A stretch of 63,450 nt of DNA, counting the filler, from Octopus bimaculoides (lineage: Eukaryota): assembly GCF_001194135.2 (NCBI RefSeq). It is 4 parts of 4 records of this genome, joined end to end, with 100 filler letters (N's around TTAATTAATTAA, not from the genome) between each part and the next. Parts side by side here need not be neighbours in the genome. Positions count along the whole stretch, not along the records: positions 18,073 to 42,352 come from NC_068999.1; 3 more parts are not named here. The stretch is one strand, 5' to 3'. The translations under genes were made by a program, and so were the position numbers. Shown piece after piece: positions 27,385 through 41,954 of the stretch (positions are counted from its first letter, which is position 1; each line of letters opens with the position of its first letter). The notes under the pieces were generated by a model. That model made no database searches and was not told the DNA's origin. It was given only the letters and a program-made list of their open reading frames with translations.

Positions 27385-28276
27385 TTAGAGAATGTGGTCA
27401 ATCCATCGACACTGCTCCGGGTGTGTATGAGCAGGGAAACGTTTCGGTAGAGCACAACTGAAGACGATTAGCGGTGGATGTAACACACTACCGGCAGGAA
27501 ACGTATCTCTCGATGGTCGATTGTGGGCCGGGTCGGATAGCCATTTGGGGAGGAAATTGAGGACAGGCACTGCAGACAAGATGGCACGTATTCTAAACGA
27601 GGTATTCTTAGAGCGGGGCCCTGTGGACGAATTTCTGATAGACAAGAGCACAGCATTTCTTTCGGAGGTACTGAAGGTGATGCTTGACAGGTGGAAAGTG
27701 CACCGCCTTTTCAGAGCGACATACAGGCCGAGTGGAAATGGGATCGTGGAGAGACATCATCGAACAATAAAGGCCATGGCGGAGAGAGGACATGTCTCGC
27801 CGCCGGAAGCGATGTTCTGGTACATGTCGCCCCGATCAGGACTGGCCGAAGAGTCCGTTCCACATATAGAGCCGTATCTGAGTAAACCATCCCAGTAAAC
27901 CATCGAGATGCCCTGTAGAGGAGACAGAGCCCGACTTCATGGAGGTGGGAGATAAAGTCTGGGTCAAGCCACCAAAGGCACGCTGCACAACTCAGTGGAA
28001 CCGAGGAATAATGATGGCTATCAAATCCAAAAACATTCTGTAGATGGAATGCCGCGTCATGTCTTGGACGTTTGTATGATTGTCGCTTCGTCGGATGATG
28101 ACTGTAGAGAAGAGGAAGAGAATGAGGTTCCCAGTTTAAGAAGATCACAACGTGCAAGGCACCCACCCGGGTGAGTGGTAGATTTCGACATGGAGTGAAG
28201 TGAGGAGGTGATCTTTGAGNNNNNNNNNNTCGACATGGAGTGAAGTGAGGAGGTGATCTTTGAGATCAGGGGGACG
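27385..28276 (+). mobile_element. Ty3/Gypsy integrase remnant with polypurine tract
   Basis: RLAVDVTHY..MVDCGPGR, FLIDKSTAF, YRPSGNGIVERHHRTIKAM, GDKVWVKPP, LRRSQRARHPP. PPT AGGGGGACG at 28268-28276. Confidence 0.85.
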
Positions 28277-28562
28277 TGTGGGGATGAGCCGGAAGAAGAG
28301 GGCCATGACGTCAATGGTCAAGGGACTGACCGGTAGAGGAAGCATGAGGGGGGAAGTGGTGGGGACAGGACAGGGTCGTCCTCTTTTGGCCGGCTGAAGC
28401 ATTGCGAACGGACGTCAGGGAATTCGTTCTTGGGTTGGTGAGATAGCAGTTGCTTATATTGGGTGACGGGGTAGGGCAGGATCGCCGGAATGACTACTAC
28501 TAGACGGGCGCAGACGAGAGAGGAAGGTAGGTGAACCTATTTTCATTTCGCACGCACGACAT
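28277..28562 (+). mobile_element. 3' LTR (partial) of the Gypsy element
   Basis: TGTGGGG start directly after the PPT. GC-rich, and runs into a gap. Confidence 0.6.
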
Positions 28563-28643
28563 ANNNNNNNNNNNNNNNNNNNNNNNNNNNNNNNNNNNNN
28601 NNNNNNNNNNNNNNNNNNNNNATATATATATATATATATATAT

Positions 28644-29096
28644 ACTCTTTTACTCTTTTACTTGTTTCAATCGTTTGACTGTGGCTATGCTGGAGCACTG
28701 CCTTTAGTCAAGCAAATCGACCCCAGAACTTATTCTTTGTAAGCCTAGTACTTATTCCATCGGTCTCTTTGGCCGAACCGCTATTTTACGGGGACATAAA
28801 CACACCAGCATCGGTTGTCAAGCGATGTTGGGGGGACAAACACAGACACACAAATATATACACACACATACATATATATCCATACATATTTACGGCGGGC
28901 TTCCACTAAATCTACTCACAAGGCTTTGGTCGACCCGAGGCTATAGTAGAAGACTCTTGCCCAAGGTGCCACGCAGTGGGACTGAATCCGGAACCATGTG
29001 GTTNNNNNNNNNNGCCCAAGGTGCCACGCAGTGGGACTGAATCCGGAACCATGTGGTTGGTAAGCAAGCTACTTACCACACAGCCACTCCTACGCC
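28644..29096 (-). mobile_element. Full-length young SINE family A
   Basis: Minus strand GGCGTAGGAGTGGCTGTGTGGTAAG..GGATTCAGTCCC tRNA head, central microsatellite, tail (AAAAGAGT)n. About 50 bp is duplicated across the 10-N gap. Confidence 0.9.
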
Positions 29097-29499
29097 TATG
29101 AGAATATACACATATAAGTGCATATATGTGCGTGTGTATGTGTGTGTGTGTGTGTTTGTGTGTGTGTGTGAGTGTGTGCGTGTGTGTGTTTGTGTGTGTG
29201 TATGTATTTCGGTCCAGATATATATCTGTGGGCTTATTATTATAATATTTACATATAAGTATATATTTTGTATGCGTACGTCTACATAGTTTTTCTCTAC
29301 GTCTGTGTGTATGTGTGTGTGTGTGTGTGCGTGTGTGTGTGTGTGTAGACCCGTTTACTCATATATGCATACAAGTAACCGTCAGGTGTCAACTATGTTT
29401 TGTATTTTTCTTCTTTCTCTATATTTCCTTCCCTTCAATACATGTAAGAGCTTTTAGTACTCATTTTATCTCTCATAAACGATGAACATTCCAATTTTC

Positions 29500-31620
29500 A
29501 AAGCACTGATCTTCTGGATTTGTGATCAGATAGACATTAATGTGGTTATAATCTAATCTAGCATCTACTAAAATTTCAGTCTGCTGATAAGAAGCTGAAA
29601 CTACATTCATATCTTTTTGCAAAAGGGGTTTTTGAATTCTTCTCTGCAGCGGATTATTTTCAACTAAAAAGAGCGCATGTACCTGACAAGAAAACACACC
29701 GGAAAGTTACAGGATATTCGTAATGTTACGTATCATACAGTCTATGTATTCTGAAACAATTGTAATACTCTTCCTTCCCATTTATTTATAAATGAAGTTG
29801 TGAAGAACCTGTCATCTTATTGGGATTTTCATTTTAATCACAATGTAGGCCGAACTACATTTGTTCATATCACTATGATTTCACTGTTTTCTTGCATCAT
29901 TGTTTCAGTTTACTCTTTTCTTCCGAATTTGCTGGGTAGACGATCTCTTTCTTCAATTAAACTGATAAGGTTACTTCTCTTTGTTTTACCGTGAGTCAGG
30001 ATGCATTTAGACTATTATATACACTTTTATCTATTCTAATAATTTAAACTATTTTAAATGCTACGGGAAACTTCAAAATTCACTGCAAGAAATAGAGGTA
30101 TAGTTTTTCTTTCTGGAAAACAGTTTACATTTTATTTTAACATTGTTGAAATCTACCAGATTTTAAGATACCCATTTGAAGATACGACGAAGCGAGTTGG
30201 ATTCATAATAGAGTTTAGAAGGCTAAACAGAAACTATATATATATAATAAACAGAAAATTGATGAATTGGAAAGTGAACCAATTCAAGGGCTCTGAAAAA
30301 GTAAGGAACACTGCCATTTCTCTTCTAAATCATGAAACTCCAGTCTTTAGATCATTACTCAGGAAGTCCTCAAGTCCTTTAAATAATTAATAGTTTACAG
30401 AACATTACTTTTTAGTACCTAATATTCGAAAACCAGTTTTAGACTAGTGGTAGAGTTTTAAATATTTAAATAACATGTTTTATGTTTCCATAGCATAATG
30501 TTCCAGTTGGAGTTGATGGAGATAAACTCTCAAAGTTAAATTAGTTTTTAAGAATGCTGGCAAAATTGTTTACATGGCATAACCTAAAGTCACAGCAAAA
30601 CGAACAGTGTAATCAATAAAACAAAGTATCTCCAATCAGTAATTAGTGAAACAAGATGTACATAGTTATTATTCAAAGAAAGACAGTTAACAACAAGGGC
30701 ACTAATTTCTAGCCTGTCAGCACCTCATTAAGACAAGGAAATTAGATTACAACTGGCACCACAAGAACTCTCTTTCTGTTTATTTCATATTTATTCACTG
30801 TCAATTACCATATGTTTTTATAATTCCTTGATTTTTTTAGTATTATTTTTGTTAGAGAACTTGGAGCAGAAGTCTAAATAATTACAAAACCCATGAAAAG
30901 TTATAAATGAAGACAATGACACTAATTTAACCCTCTCAATACTCTAATCAACATTAGTTGGGGAAGTTTCTGTCTCATCAACTTATTTACAACTAACTTC
31001 TCTTATGTCTTTTTTCTAATAAAACAAAAAGAGATTCTTACCTACCCCCCAAAAATAACAGACCTTTGTATATTATGTTAGATAATAACGCAGCAATGAA
31101 TAAGAAGATATTTTTTTATTTATGATTAACAGCATATGAGTTATTTAGGTCTTATTTTTTATGTATTCAAAATTATCTCTGCATAATTTAGTGAAGGAAT
31201 CAATTTAATTAGTAAGTTCAATATAAACAACTCTGAGATATTTTTAGTGTGGTGTATGAATGTGTAAGTTATTTACTAAAAATAAGGCAACTTTGACATG
31301 CCCTTAATTGTGGCAGCATTGTGATGCTCATTTTCTACAATGAAGGCAAAAGGGCTGCATGGGGCAATGGACACTTGGAAATTAAAAGATAATGAGCTCA
31401 AAAGATCTTTGATTGGCTTATTGTAGATATTCAGAAGGTAGCAGACTTTGGCTTCAAGCCTTTCACTCATTTTATCTGTGTATTCCTTTTGGAAACAATC
31501 CATTGAAGCTTTACTCTCAGAAGCCTAATTAAAGTCTGATGCGCTACAGTTCTTTCACTATACAGAGTCTACGTAGAATATTTTGTAGAAGTACAAGAAC
31601 ATACATTTCTGTGAGAGTGG
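29500..31620 (+). pseudogene. Very old L1/Tx1-like LINE ORF2 relic (APE + RT)
   Basis: Collinear decayed motifs: VILLG/DFHFN across a frameshift (~29810), VGVDG (~30500), NF*PVS (~30705) and IVDIQKVADFGFKPF (~31420). Confidence 0.4.
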
Positions 31621-31865
31621 ACTGCCAAATGAATCCCTTGCAGCTCTTTATTGCTATTTACTTTATAAACCCCAAAGGAATGAAAAGCAAAGTCGACCGG
31701 TCTCGATAGGGTTGACACTAACAAAAGAAAAAGAAGTACTTATATAGTGGAAAGAAATTAATACAACGCCAGACCGATTCTGCTGTTCACTATCATAATA
31801 ACTATTTTAAAATTAGATACAAGAGGACATTAGAAAAGCAGTAGCTATATAGAAAATTTGTATAG

Positions 31866-31984
<119 letters not shown>

Positions 31985-32129
31985 CCTAAAACACACCGTA
32001 CCATAGAAACAATCTGAGAAACACACATATCTGAGATTGCTTCAAGGTTTCTCACACCCAGTTGTCGTCTCTGATATATATTTATAGCAGAGAGATTAAG
32101 ATGTTCCATAATCGCCATATTTCGATTAT

Positions 32130-33300
32130 TTTAGAACAATGCTTCTTTTGCAGTCCATACTTTCAAATGATACTTGAAAAGATGTTGAGAATTCATCTGA
32201 TAGTAAAAGCCTTGTATACGATCCACTTGATTTCTTTCGTAAAAGCCACCAGAGAAAGCAAAATTGCTTATCCTTCTCCCATGAAAAGCTGCGAATCTGT
32301 CTTTATGATCTGTCCGGCTGATAGCCAAACTGAACAGGATGACAGCTATTGACCTAAAGCCACAAGCCAGCAATGTTTGAATACTGAAGGTTTTGTTAAT
32401 CTTGCATTGTGAACAGGCACGGCTGACGTCAGTGTCGTGCTTGCAAAGTTTATCTCAAACTGACAGAGAATTACTATGATAGCAATGCTAGGTGAAGTAC
32501 TTTTGAAAGAATATCCTGAGATGAAACTACGTAGATTTTCTTCAACGTTAGCCAGAATGAATTTCACATTACTGTGACTCATAACCGCCACTAAACTCCT
32601 GTGTAATTCAGTGCTTCACGGCCGCATTGTATAGCTAACGAAAAGTTGTGAGAGCATCCAGATGCCAGATGCTTAAACTTGCAGCTTAGTCAAATCATTG
32701 TGGATATTACATCCTCATTATATACCTGTGCATCAACGGCTAATATAATTTCAAAATCATTCCGGAATGATTATTGACTTTATTTGAGCTTCTAATCATC
32801 TAAAGTCAAGAAGCAGACGAGCAAATGTTTGCATTTGATTAGATACAGTCAAGGCAAGGCATGGCAGCTCGTCTAATGTCCCCAAATCATGTAGATCACA
32901 TCCACCTTCATTCGATTTTTCATAAATAACTTCTTTGCAAATAATTTGTAAGCCACATCACTCACGAGTTTATATCAAACCTCCTTCATATCAAACTGGA
33001 GCTCTAAACTCCAATGATTTCAACCAGCCCAGCATCAATTGCTCTTTGGCTTGTTCAGAAGCTGATTTGTAAATTCCAGAGAACTGGTCCTGATTAATTT
33101 TTGTATTCGTTATCATGTTATATTTCTCCTTCCGAAGATGGTCACTGCTGGCTTGCAACACAATAAAAGCTGCTGGTAATGCCTACATAGTTGAAATCCT
33201 GACTATTCTCATTTGTGTATTTCTAAAATGGGAAAATCCGTCTGTAAAAATTGCCAGTTTGTCGAATAATATTTTACTGTGTAACAACATATGTAAACAA
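32130..33300 (-). pseudogene. Tx1/L1-like LINE ORF2 C-terminal relic
   Basis: FNYVGIT, NEGGCDLHDL, FQKYFT*HCYHSNSLSV*DKLCKH..RACSQCKINKTFSIQTLLAC (decayed CCHC finger), LFKYHLK. Many stops. Confidence 0.6.
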
Positions 33301-33824
33301 AGTGTTTTGTTTGTTCTTGGAAGCGTCGAATGTGTTTCGTATTATACAGACAAAAAAGTAGTATTTCGAAAGTAGTATAGCCGTGAAAATAGCAGAAGGA
33401 TTGGATCTTTTCCATCTGAAGCACAAATTTTTAAATTAATTTCTTTTAACTATTCTCATACGACACGATATTAGCCATAATATGTACCGAATTCCCATAA
33501 CATTTTCTGTTTATTTCTTACGAAAATCTGAATAAATTACGCTAGTCAAGGGAATCCCAATATTTGGAATATGGATACTTGCTATCTTTTATTCTTTCAG
33601 CTTTTCTTCAACTTTAGCTGCTTCATCATTCAGTGAAGAATATTGTTTTAACCACAGGCTAGCTCTCATTGTAATGTATCTGTGAGAAAAGGCGTTCCAG
33701 CCATGACAAGTTTGGCTTATTCTTTTGTAGAAGTAATGAATTCCTTAGTGAACATTATAAAACAACATACACTTGAATTTTTTTTCTTAAAGACGGAAAT
33801 TTCATTTTTCTTTTTGTCAGGAAG

Positions 33825-34315
33825 ATTTTGTCGCTCTTTCTAGCTACTCGAGCGACCAGGTAAAGGCTTTCTCGTTGCCTCGTCTCGTTCCCTTTGTTAC
33901 CTGTTGTTTAGTCCCGAGTTGGATCTGATTGAACAGATATGATCAAAGACGTCCCAACGGTGACCATTCCGTCTTTCTTCCCAGACATAATGGACTCTAG
34001 GTGTATATCACAGGAATGAGGTTTTTCTGTTCTGTATATAAAAAAGTGGGCTACTTTTTCTAGCAGTTCATGCAACAACATACAGGCTCCGTTGTTGGCC
34101 TGTCTCAGTAATAATTTTGTTGTTATTTAGACTCAAATCAACCCTGATACAGCAAACCTATCATCAAAAACATCCCAGCCTTCAGCAAACCGTCTTTTTA
34201 AGGATAATCTAGGACATTACGTACAATGGGCGTGTGATTTAGGTAGGGGGATACTTTGGCTGCAAATTTTAGCGTGTCGAGCGACCAGGAAGAGGCTCTT
34301 TCATTGGTTCGATTG
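33825..34315 (+). repeat. Two pieces of a common interspersed repeat (family C)
   Basis: GATCAAAG..CCAGCC..GTGTGATTT..TTTGGCTGC..TAGC..GAGCGACCA. Fragments also at ~8470 (-), 20890, 37835, 48860, 54610 (-) and 55140 (-). Confidence 0.6.
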
Positions 34316-34509
34316 CGTGATGAGGTTTTTTTTACACGTATATGTATGTATATATATCATCCGCAGAAATTAGAGAGTAAATCAAAAGCTGAGAGTTTCG
34401 TATAGTGGCACTTACCAAACACGAATTTGGCCATTGTCACTCTGTAACTTCTGCCTATTATCAATATGTGTGTGTGTGTGTGTGTGTGTGTGTATAGAGA
34501 GATAAATAA

Positions 34510-34555
<46 letters not shown>

Positions 34556-34959
34556 GGACGCATTCTCATATATGTTGCTATAAAAACATCTCAGGTTATT
34601 AAAGAAGGGTTCTGTTAGGTGAGATTTTCAGTTTAAATCTTTCTGTTGTCGAAGATTAATCGTTTTGTCATTGGATCCGGAAGTTGTTGTTCGCTAACAG
34701 CAGCAGTAACATCAGCTGAATACACATCATGGATTGGTTAAAATTATCCAAATACGACAACTTTAACACGAATTAACGTCTAAAATACAAAATTTTGTCT
34801 AAAACATTAAGAGTAAACCCTGTTCTACGTGACACATTCAGCCAGTATCCGAAGTTTCAAAGTGCTTAGTCAAAAAACATTAATTAAAAAATCTGTATTT
34901 GAGATGGAAAAGATCCGAAAGATTCAGTATTTTACCCTTATAAGATGGAAAAAGTTGTC

Positions 34960-35020
34960 AAGCAGACAGCCACGGGATTCGAACCCTCATTCCTCAGATG
35001 CTGGTTAGAGTACTCAGCCG
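34960..35020 (-). mobile_element. tRNA-like SINE head fragment
   Basis: Minus strand B box GGGTTCGAATCCC. No complete cloverleaf. Confidence 0.4.
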
Positions 35021-35869
35021 GCATATGAGAGGTACAGTTTCAAGTCTCGTGTCTGCTTGGCAGCTTTTTCCGATTTATAAGGGTAAAATACAGAATCTTT
35101 CTGCTGTTTTCATGGCTACACTACGCTCGAAATATTACTTTCTTGCCTGTATAATACGATTTTGCTGTGTATTTTTCAATTTATAATTGATTGCATGTCT
35201 ATCATATTTTACTTCTCTTTGTCTTTTTACTTTTGATTTTCTTTTCGAAATTCTAATGGGCGTATTCTTTGCTAACACACTTGTCTTGCAGCAGAATTTA
35301 CAGTTACCGTAGAAAACAAATTCCTATGAAATTGCGCGCAAACAATGTTCACTAAAATATTAAACGAAGAAAAACATCCAAGGACAAACCTTATTTCATC
35401 CTGCTATTCTGCAGAAGAAAAAACACCTCAAAGTACTCAAAAGCGAAAACAAAACAAAAACAAAATAACAACAAGCAAAAGAACAAACCATAAAAATTAT
35501 TTTTCCATCTAATTAAACGTGTCAAATAAACCCAAATACTCCGCACAATGCGCAAATATATATATACATATATAAAGTGTGTGTGCATACAACACCGCAG
35601 AAGTGGCTGAGGATACCACTTATTGAGTTGAGCTTAAACATGCATATATATCTGTGTGTAAGTGCGTGTGTGGTTAATATTCGCTGGCATGGAAATGTCC
35701 AAAAAATGGACAAACAATTGTTTACATCTGAAAAGACTCTGACTGCTGTATTGAGAGAGAAGAATGTGTCTAAATGTGACATGAAGAGATTGGACAGTAA
35801 TTGACAGGAACGTGATTACTCAAGTTGTGGAAGGATTCCGACCACCCTTGTGTCTGAGAGTGGACTGAG

Positions 35870-36217
35870 ACATTTCTATTAAATAAACAACTGTCCAATC
35901 GTCAGCAGTTCAGGTTTTCCACCCTCCCTATTCACCCGATCTTGCTCCCTGCGACATTTTTTGTTCTCCCGAATAAAAAGATCTTCAAAGAAAAACGTTT
36001 TGCGAATGTAGAAGCAGTGAAGAAAAGAACGACGAATGCGTTAAGAGGCATCATTTCGCAAGAGTTCCAGAACTGCTTCGAACAATGGAAAACGTGTCCG
36101 GACCGATGCATTGCTTCAAATGGAGAAAACTTTGAAGGCGATAAAAGTGTAACCATATAAAACTAAGTGAATAAAATAATACTGCAAAATTCCGGTTTCT
36201 TTTGACTACCCTTTCGT
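35870..36217 (+). mobile_element. Mariner 3' fragment (same family as 1910-2635)
   Basis: PYSPDLAPCDIF and KRFANVEAVKKRTTNALRG..NGENFEGDKS, followed by a 3' TIR. Confidence 0.85.
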
Positions 36218-36359
36218 ATGTATGTATGTATGTATGTATGTATGTATGTATGTATGTATGTATGTATGTATGTATGTACTTACGTATGTATGTATGTATG
36301 TACTTACGTATGTATGTATGTATGTATAATTTCATGTAAAATAAACGGTTCTCCATTTG

Positions 36360-36625
36360 CTTCGACGACAATTATTCCAGCTGTTCGACCAAATCCCTAC
36401 TCACTAAATTATTACGAGTAGCTGAGTATTCCGAAGGCACTCGTATGTAATCTTTATGCAGAATCAGTATGATACTGTGAGACATGTCTGGCCTTTTGAA
36501 GTACAAGTTCAGGCTGTATGATGACTTTCCATTACGTTTACAGATTTCATGGTAAAGACGTATGCTTCAGATGGTACACAGAGAAATCGAAACCAGGACC
36601 TCATATTGCGAAGCGAACTTCATAA
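36360..36625 (-). mobile_element. Old SINE family B copy
   Basis: CAGCTGTTCGACC, GCTGAGTATTCC, GGCCTTTTGAAGTACA and ATCGAAACCAGGACC..GCGAAGCGAAC match the reverse strand of 6340-6487. Confidence 0.5.
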
Positions 36626-37632
36626 AAGTGTATATATATATGAGTGTATATCACCCACATGCAGTAAAATAAAAATATATAATTTCATACATTCAAATAC
36701 ATACACAAACGTATACGCATATACACATACGTACATCATGCACATACACATGATAATACATGCCCGTGTACATGCACGTACACAAAGAGACACATACATA
36801 CACGCCTGCACACACACACATGCATACACACAGACACGCGCGCACGCGCACGCACACACACACACACACACTGTCAGTGGAGCCGTGTGTCAGGATCATG
36901 TTCTTGTAATTTCTCCGTTCACGAAGCCTTTCAGTTTTTGTTGTGAGACTAGTCAACAAATCTAAGCTCATTCTTTTCTTCAGGTTCCATATTATCCTCT
37001 GACATTATCATTCCTTTTCAATTTCCATCATTCTCCGTTGAACATTTCTCTGCTTTATATGAAGACGTTTCTGTTTGCAGTGAAAACTAAAACCAGAATA
37101 CATCGACAAATAATGGAGATATACATCACCCACGGGAGAAAACAATGTCGATTTACATTGGAAGCCATTTGGAGATAATCACGTAATGATTCTGTCATTT
37201 TCTTTTGTCATATGCTTTCTTTTTTCCACTTAGTTGTGACTAACGAACCGCAGGATCCATCATGTTAGGCAATTTATAGTCTTGGAAATTACTTTCCAAA
37301 TTACCAATAGATTGATATATTGCATGCTGTCCAGTGTAATATTTTGGACAATATTGACTGATTGCATAAACATAAAGCCTAATATTAATAGAGAAGTAAA
37401 ATGAAATTTGTGGAGTTCATGCCTTTCTTAACGATATGAATTATACAAATGCTGTAAAATAGCTACAATAGAAAATTGAACCACATCGTGTATTTAGATC
37501 AGTTGGAGTTCATCTCTTTTTAATCAAAATCGTCCACGGTGTGATTTTAAATCTTTTATAATTGCAGAAACTCGGTCTATGGGCAATCTTCTTTTTAGTT
37601 AACGCAATACTTATATTATCTCGTCTTATTGA

Positions 37633-37687
<55 letters not shown>

Positions 37688-37713
37688 NNNNNNNNNNNNN
37701 NNNNNNNNNNNNN

Positions 37714-37755
<42 letters not shown>

Positions 37756-37834
37756 GTATAGTATTGTCTTTTGTGTTCTTTCCGAATTTTTGACGATAGG
37801 ATGTGGTTTCATTCGAATTTGGTTACTATTTGAC

Positions 37835-37985
37835 AGGTGGCTGGCTTCAGATCAAAGGCATTCCAGTCATTACCACCTTTCATTTTGTGTATCAGGAACA
37901 ACACAGCCCAGTATTTACTTTATTTATAACGTTAGGATGTGATTTGAAAGAGGTTTGGCTATTATTTCCAGATAGTCAGTCGACA
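37835..37985 (+). repeat. Family C repeat copy
   Basis: GATCAAAGGCATTCCAGTC..GATGTGATTTGAAAGAGGTTTGGCT. Confidence 0.55.
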
Positions 37986-38228
37986 TCTTAAACCATCCTT
38001 TGTACCAACCAAGACATATTTGGCATCACTTTATAGGAGAAAACTGTTAATTAGAGACAGAACAGTCCAGACGATATTCTTTTCTGACGAAAAGCAGCTC
38101 TCTTTATCTTTCCCTATGCTCTCTGTCTCTCTCCCTCACACTTTCTGCGACATTTTCCAGTGTGATGATTTGTGCTTCAGGCATTACACATATTTAATGT
38201 AATTGGAAATTACGTGTGTATTATATGA

Positions 38229-38259
<31 letters not shown>

Positions 38260-39044
38260 TGTATGTATGTATGTATGTATGTACGTTAATTCTAGATGTG
38301 ATTTAAACCGTATCCAGTAGAGGGACTCTTGTACGGGAGTTCCAGGGATTTAGGAGCGTGGAACCACTTCTTAGCCTCTATTGTTCCCAGCTTTATACTG
38401 ATCCAGGATAGTAGCTCCTGTCAGGGTCGCAGCTATGTTTAAGTAGTATGTGAACCAAGTTCGTGTTAGACCTTTCTTCTAAGGGAAGGTAAACTCGTAT
38501 AAACAAATCTGAAGTGCATTTAGTTTCTAGTCGTCTCAATTTTTGTTGTGTCACTGGTTTGAAGCTGACTACGTTGAAAAGTGGATCTTTGCTAGACAAC
38601 ACTTACCTCCCAAAACGAATTCAAGAACAAGAACTTTTGGGATTCTCGGAACATTTTCATAGATTTATTGAGTTTAGTAAGTGGTTTTAGTCGGACGTTA
38701 ATTGACTTTCACTATGTATGTGTTTCTTCTTTGAGCTTTATTTAGGTTCTTCTGAAGAGAGTTCAAACTTGTCGCTAACAAAGCGACAAAACCTTTTGAG
38801 TTAAGAGAGTTCCCGGTGTTTGTAAATATGTGGTTTATGCACATACCCAGATGGGTGCATCTTTCTCTAAAGTATCTCAGATGGAAAATCTTTAGAATGT
38901 CTTGCAGCTCCTCTCTGTGCTGCTAATAGATTGAATTTGACGAATGTGTGTCAGTTTCTTTGGCTCTTTCTTCGAAAAACCGAGTATCTTTGTTTTTATG
39001 TACGTATGTATGTATGTATTTATGTTTGTATGTATGCATGTATG

Positions 39045-39266
39045 TACGAGGTGGGTACCTAAAGGAAACCGGATTTTTGCAATATTATTTTATTCACTTA
39101 CCTTTACATGTTTACACTTTTATCGCCTTCAAAGTTTTCTCCATTTGAAGCAATTCGTCTGTCCAGGCGCGCTTTCCACTACTCGAAGCAATGTTGGGAC
39201 TCTTGCGAAATGATGCCTTTTAACGCCTTCGTCGTTATTTTCTTCATCTCTTCCACATCTGCAAAT
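39045..39266 (-). mobile_element. Mariner 3' end fragment
   Basis: TIR TACGAGGTGGGTACCTAAAGGAAACCGG, then the reverse complement of the transposase C-terminus. Confidence 0.85.
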
Positions 39267-40238
39267 TCTGTAGCACCAGCTTTCTTTGGCCTGGAAAGAG
39301 GCGTCAATTTTGCATCTATTCACTATAGTCTTTTCTCTTCCACAACTTTAAACGAAACATTCAAATCCACTTGACAGCTGACCTCTACAACAGCGGATCA
39401 CTTTGGTTCTCTGTCCCATAAAACAATATCAGATCTGCTTTATCTGCACTCTAGTTGCTTGTGTTTACTGAAAGGTAACATAAATATCATTTATTTGTAA
39501 ATGTGTGGATACATTCTATTTCAAGTATGTCTTTTTGTGTAAATTCTTGCGATTGACGCACAGGTATGTGGTATCTTGAATGCTGAATTATTGCTGAAGA
39601 AAGCAGAGTCCAGGATCCAGAAAGTAAGGGATGGTATTCATGTGTCAAAACATTTGTGTGATTAGGCATGAAAGTTGTGAGTGTTGATCAGAGTTTCGTT
39701 GAAGAGTGGGCATGTAGAACTGCCAGGTTTATGCATCTGTTTACCCGTTACACTCACACAAATTTGATAATTTTGTGAGCATCAAGAAAATCGTATGTTG
39801 TTGAATTACTGTATTTCAGTAACATTACAATTCTGTTACGATTCTAGATTTTACAATTTTACATTTTTCATGTTATATTTCGGTATTCTTTCTATTTTGT
39901 TTTGTTTTGTATATTTGTAATTTTATATTCCAAAGTGTTTTGTGTATTTTGCAATTTGGGGTTCTTATACTTTTATATATTTGCCTGTTCATAGCTGTTA
40001 TGTTAACTATTCATTTAGTGTTGCAGGTTTTCCCACATATTCATATGCCCACACATTAATGTGTAGCATTTACGTTGTTTGTGAACATCAGACCAAGTGA
40101 ATGTATGAGTGTATTATGATAAATGTTTACTTTAAGTGTGTACATGTAACTGTATCTATTAACACATATGTGGGAGGTAACTACATATACAGGGTATAAA
40201 TCTAGATGGGTACATATTGCTTAAAAGCAATGTTGAGC

Positions 40239-40290
<52 letters not shown>

Positions 40291-40327
40291 ATTATTATTA
40301 CTATTATTATTGTTGTTGTTGTTGTTG

Positions 40328-40377
<50 letters not shown>

Positions 40378-40380
40378 GTT
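40239..40380. repeat. (TTA)n/(TTG)n microsatellite
   Basis: Trinucleotide run. Confidence 0.95.
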
Positions 40381-40850
<470 letters not shown>

Positions 40851-41405
40851 GAGTGAGAGAGCAGTGTCTGCCATCAAAGGGACGATGGGGTAAAATATAC
40901 GAAGCCCATTATACCCATCATGACTACCCGTCTGATAAGGGTACACCGGGCACATGCATCACAACCATATTTGCGCGACATGGTGATCTCATATCAAGAT
41001 AAACAGCGCATGACCTCACAGATGGGACCCAGTTAGAATTTTCTTCAGGTCGAGTAGCCCATCCCGCACAAAAGGTCCCTGACTAAGGGTTGTTTAAGGA
41101 TGTTCAACGCAACACCCATGTTTCCGAAAGTGAATTATCTAAACTCCAAAGAATTCCTCTCGACACATGACTATGATGCTCCCCCAGTACTTCTGCTCGT
41201 AATCAGAGATGCACATATCTTCAGCCACCAAGGGACATGCTCAACTGGTTAAGGTCAAACAACCAACAAGCAAATCTGTGGTATTGAAGAAAATATTTGC
41301 TGTAGCCCATGTTTTATACACGACAAAACTATTTACATGATAATACATCCAATCAGTTAAGATAAGAAGCCATGAGAGCCACTGCCTGCTACTGGACCAG
41401 GGCAC

Positions 41406-41406
<1 letters not shown>
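40851..41406. mobile_element. ~555-bp non-coding (TTA)n-embedded element X, copy 1
   Basis: Same termini as 41459-41956. No long ORF and no A/B boxes seen. Confidence 0.8.
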
Positions 41407-41458
<52 letters not shown>

Positions 41459-41954
41459 GAGTGAGAGAGCAGTGCCTGCCATCAAAGGGACGCTAGAGTG
41501 AAATATACATAGCCTAGCATACCAGTCATGACTACCCGTCTTATAAGGGTACACCAAGCACATGGATCAGAACCATGTGTGCGTGACACGGTGATCTCAT
41601 ATCAAGATAAACAGTGTATGACCTTGCAGGTGGGACCCAGTTAGAATTTTCTTCAGGTCGAGTAGTCCATCCCGTTCAAAAGGTCCCTGAATAAAGGTTG
41701 TGTGAGGATGTTCAACGAAACACCTACGTTTTCAAAGGTGAATTAGCTAAACCCCCAAAGATCAGAGGTGCACATATCGTCAGCCACAAAGAGACATGCT
41801 AAACTTGTTAAGCTCACACAACTGACAAGCAAATCTGTGCAGAATATTTGCTGTAGCCCATGTTTTATACAAGACAAAACAATGTACATGATGACACTTC
41901 CAATCATGTAAGATAAGAAGCCATAAGAGCCACTGCCTGGTACTGGATCACAGC

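Noticed and set aside
28185-28266. Direct repeats across small gaps (also 28950-29060 and 43590/44160)
   Set aside because: Exact duplicates flanking N gaps are typical contig-overlap artefacts.
33590-33680. Minus-strand terminal-exon-like YITMRASLWLKQYSSLNDEAAKVEEKLKE*
   Set aside because: The acceptor coincides with a family C repeat junction, it adjoins a LINE relic, and I recognise no homology.
38600-38700. Minus-strand GAG|GTAAGT donor with a short open frame
   Set aside because: There is no credible acceptor and no recognisable peptide.
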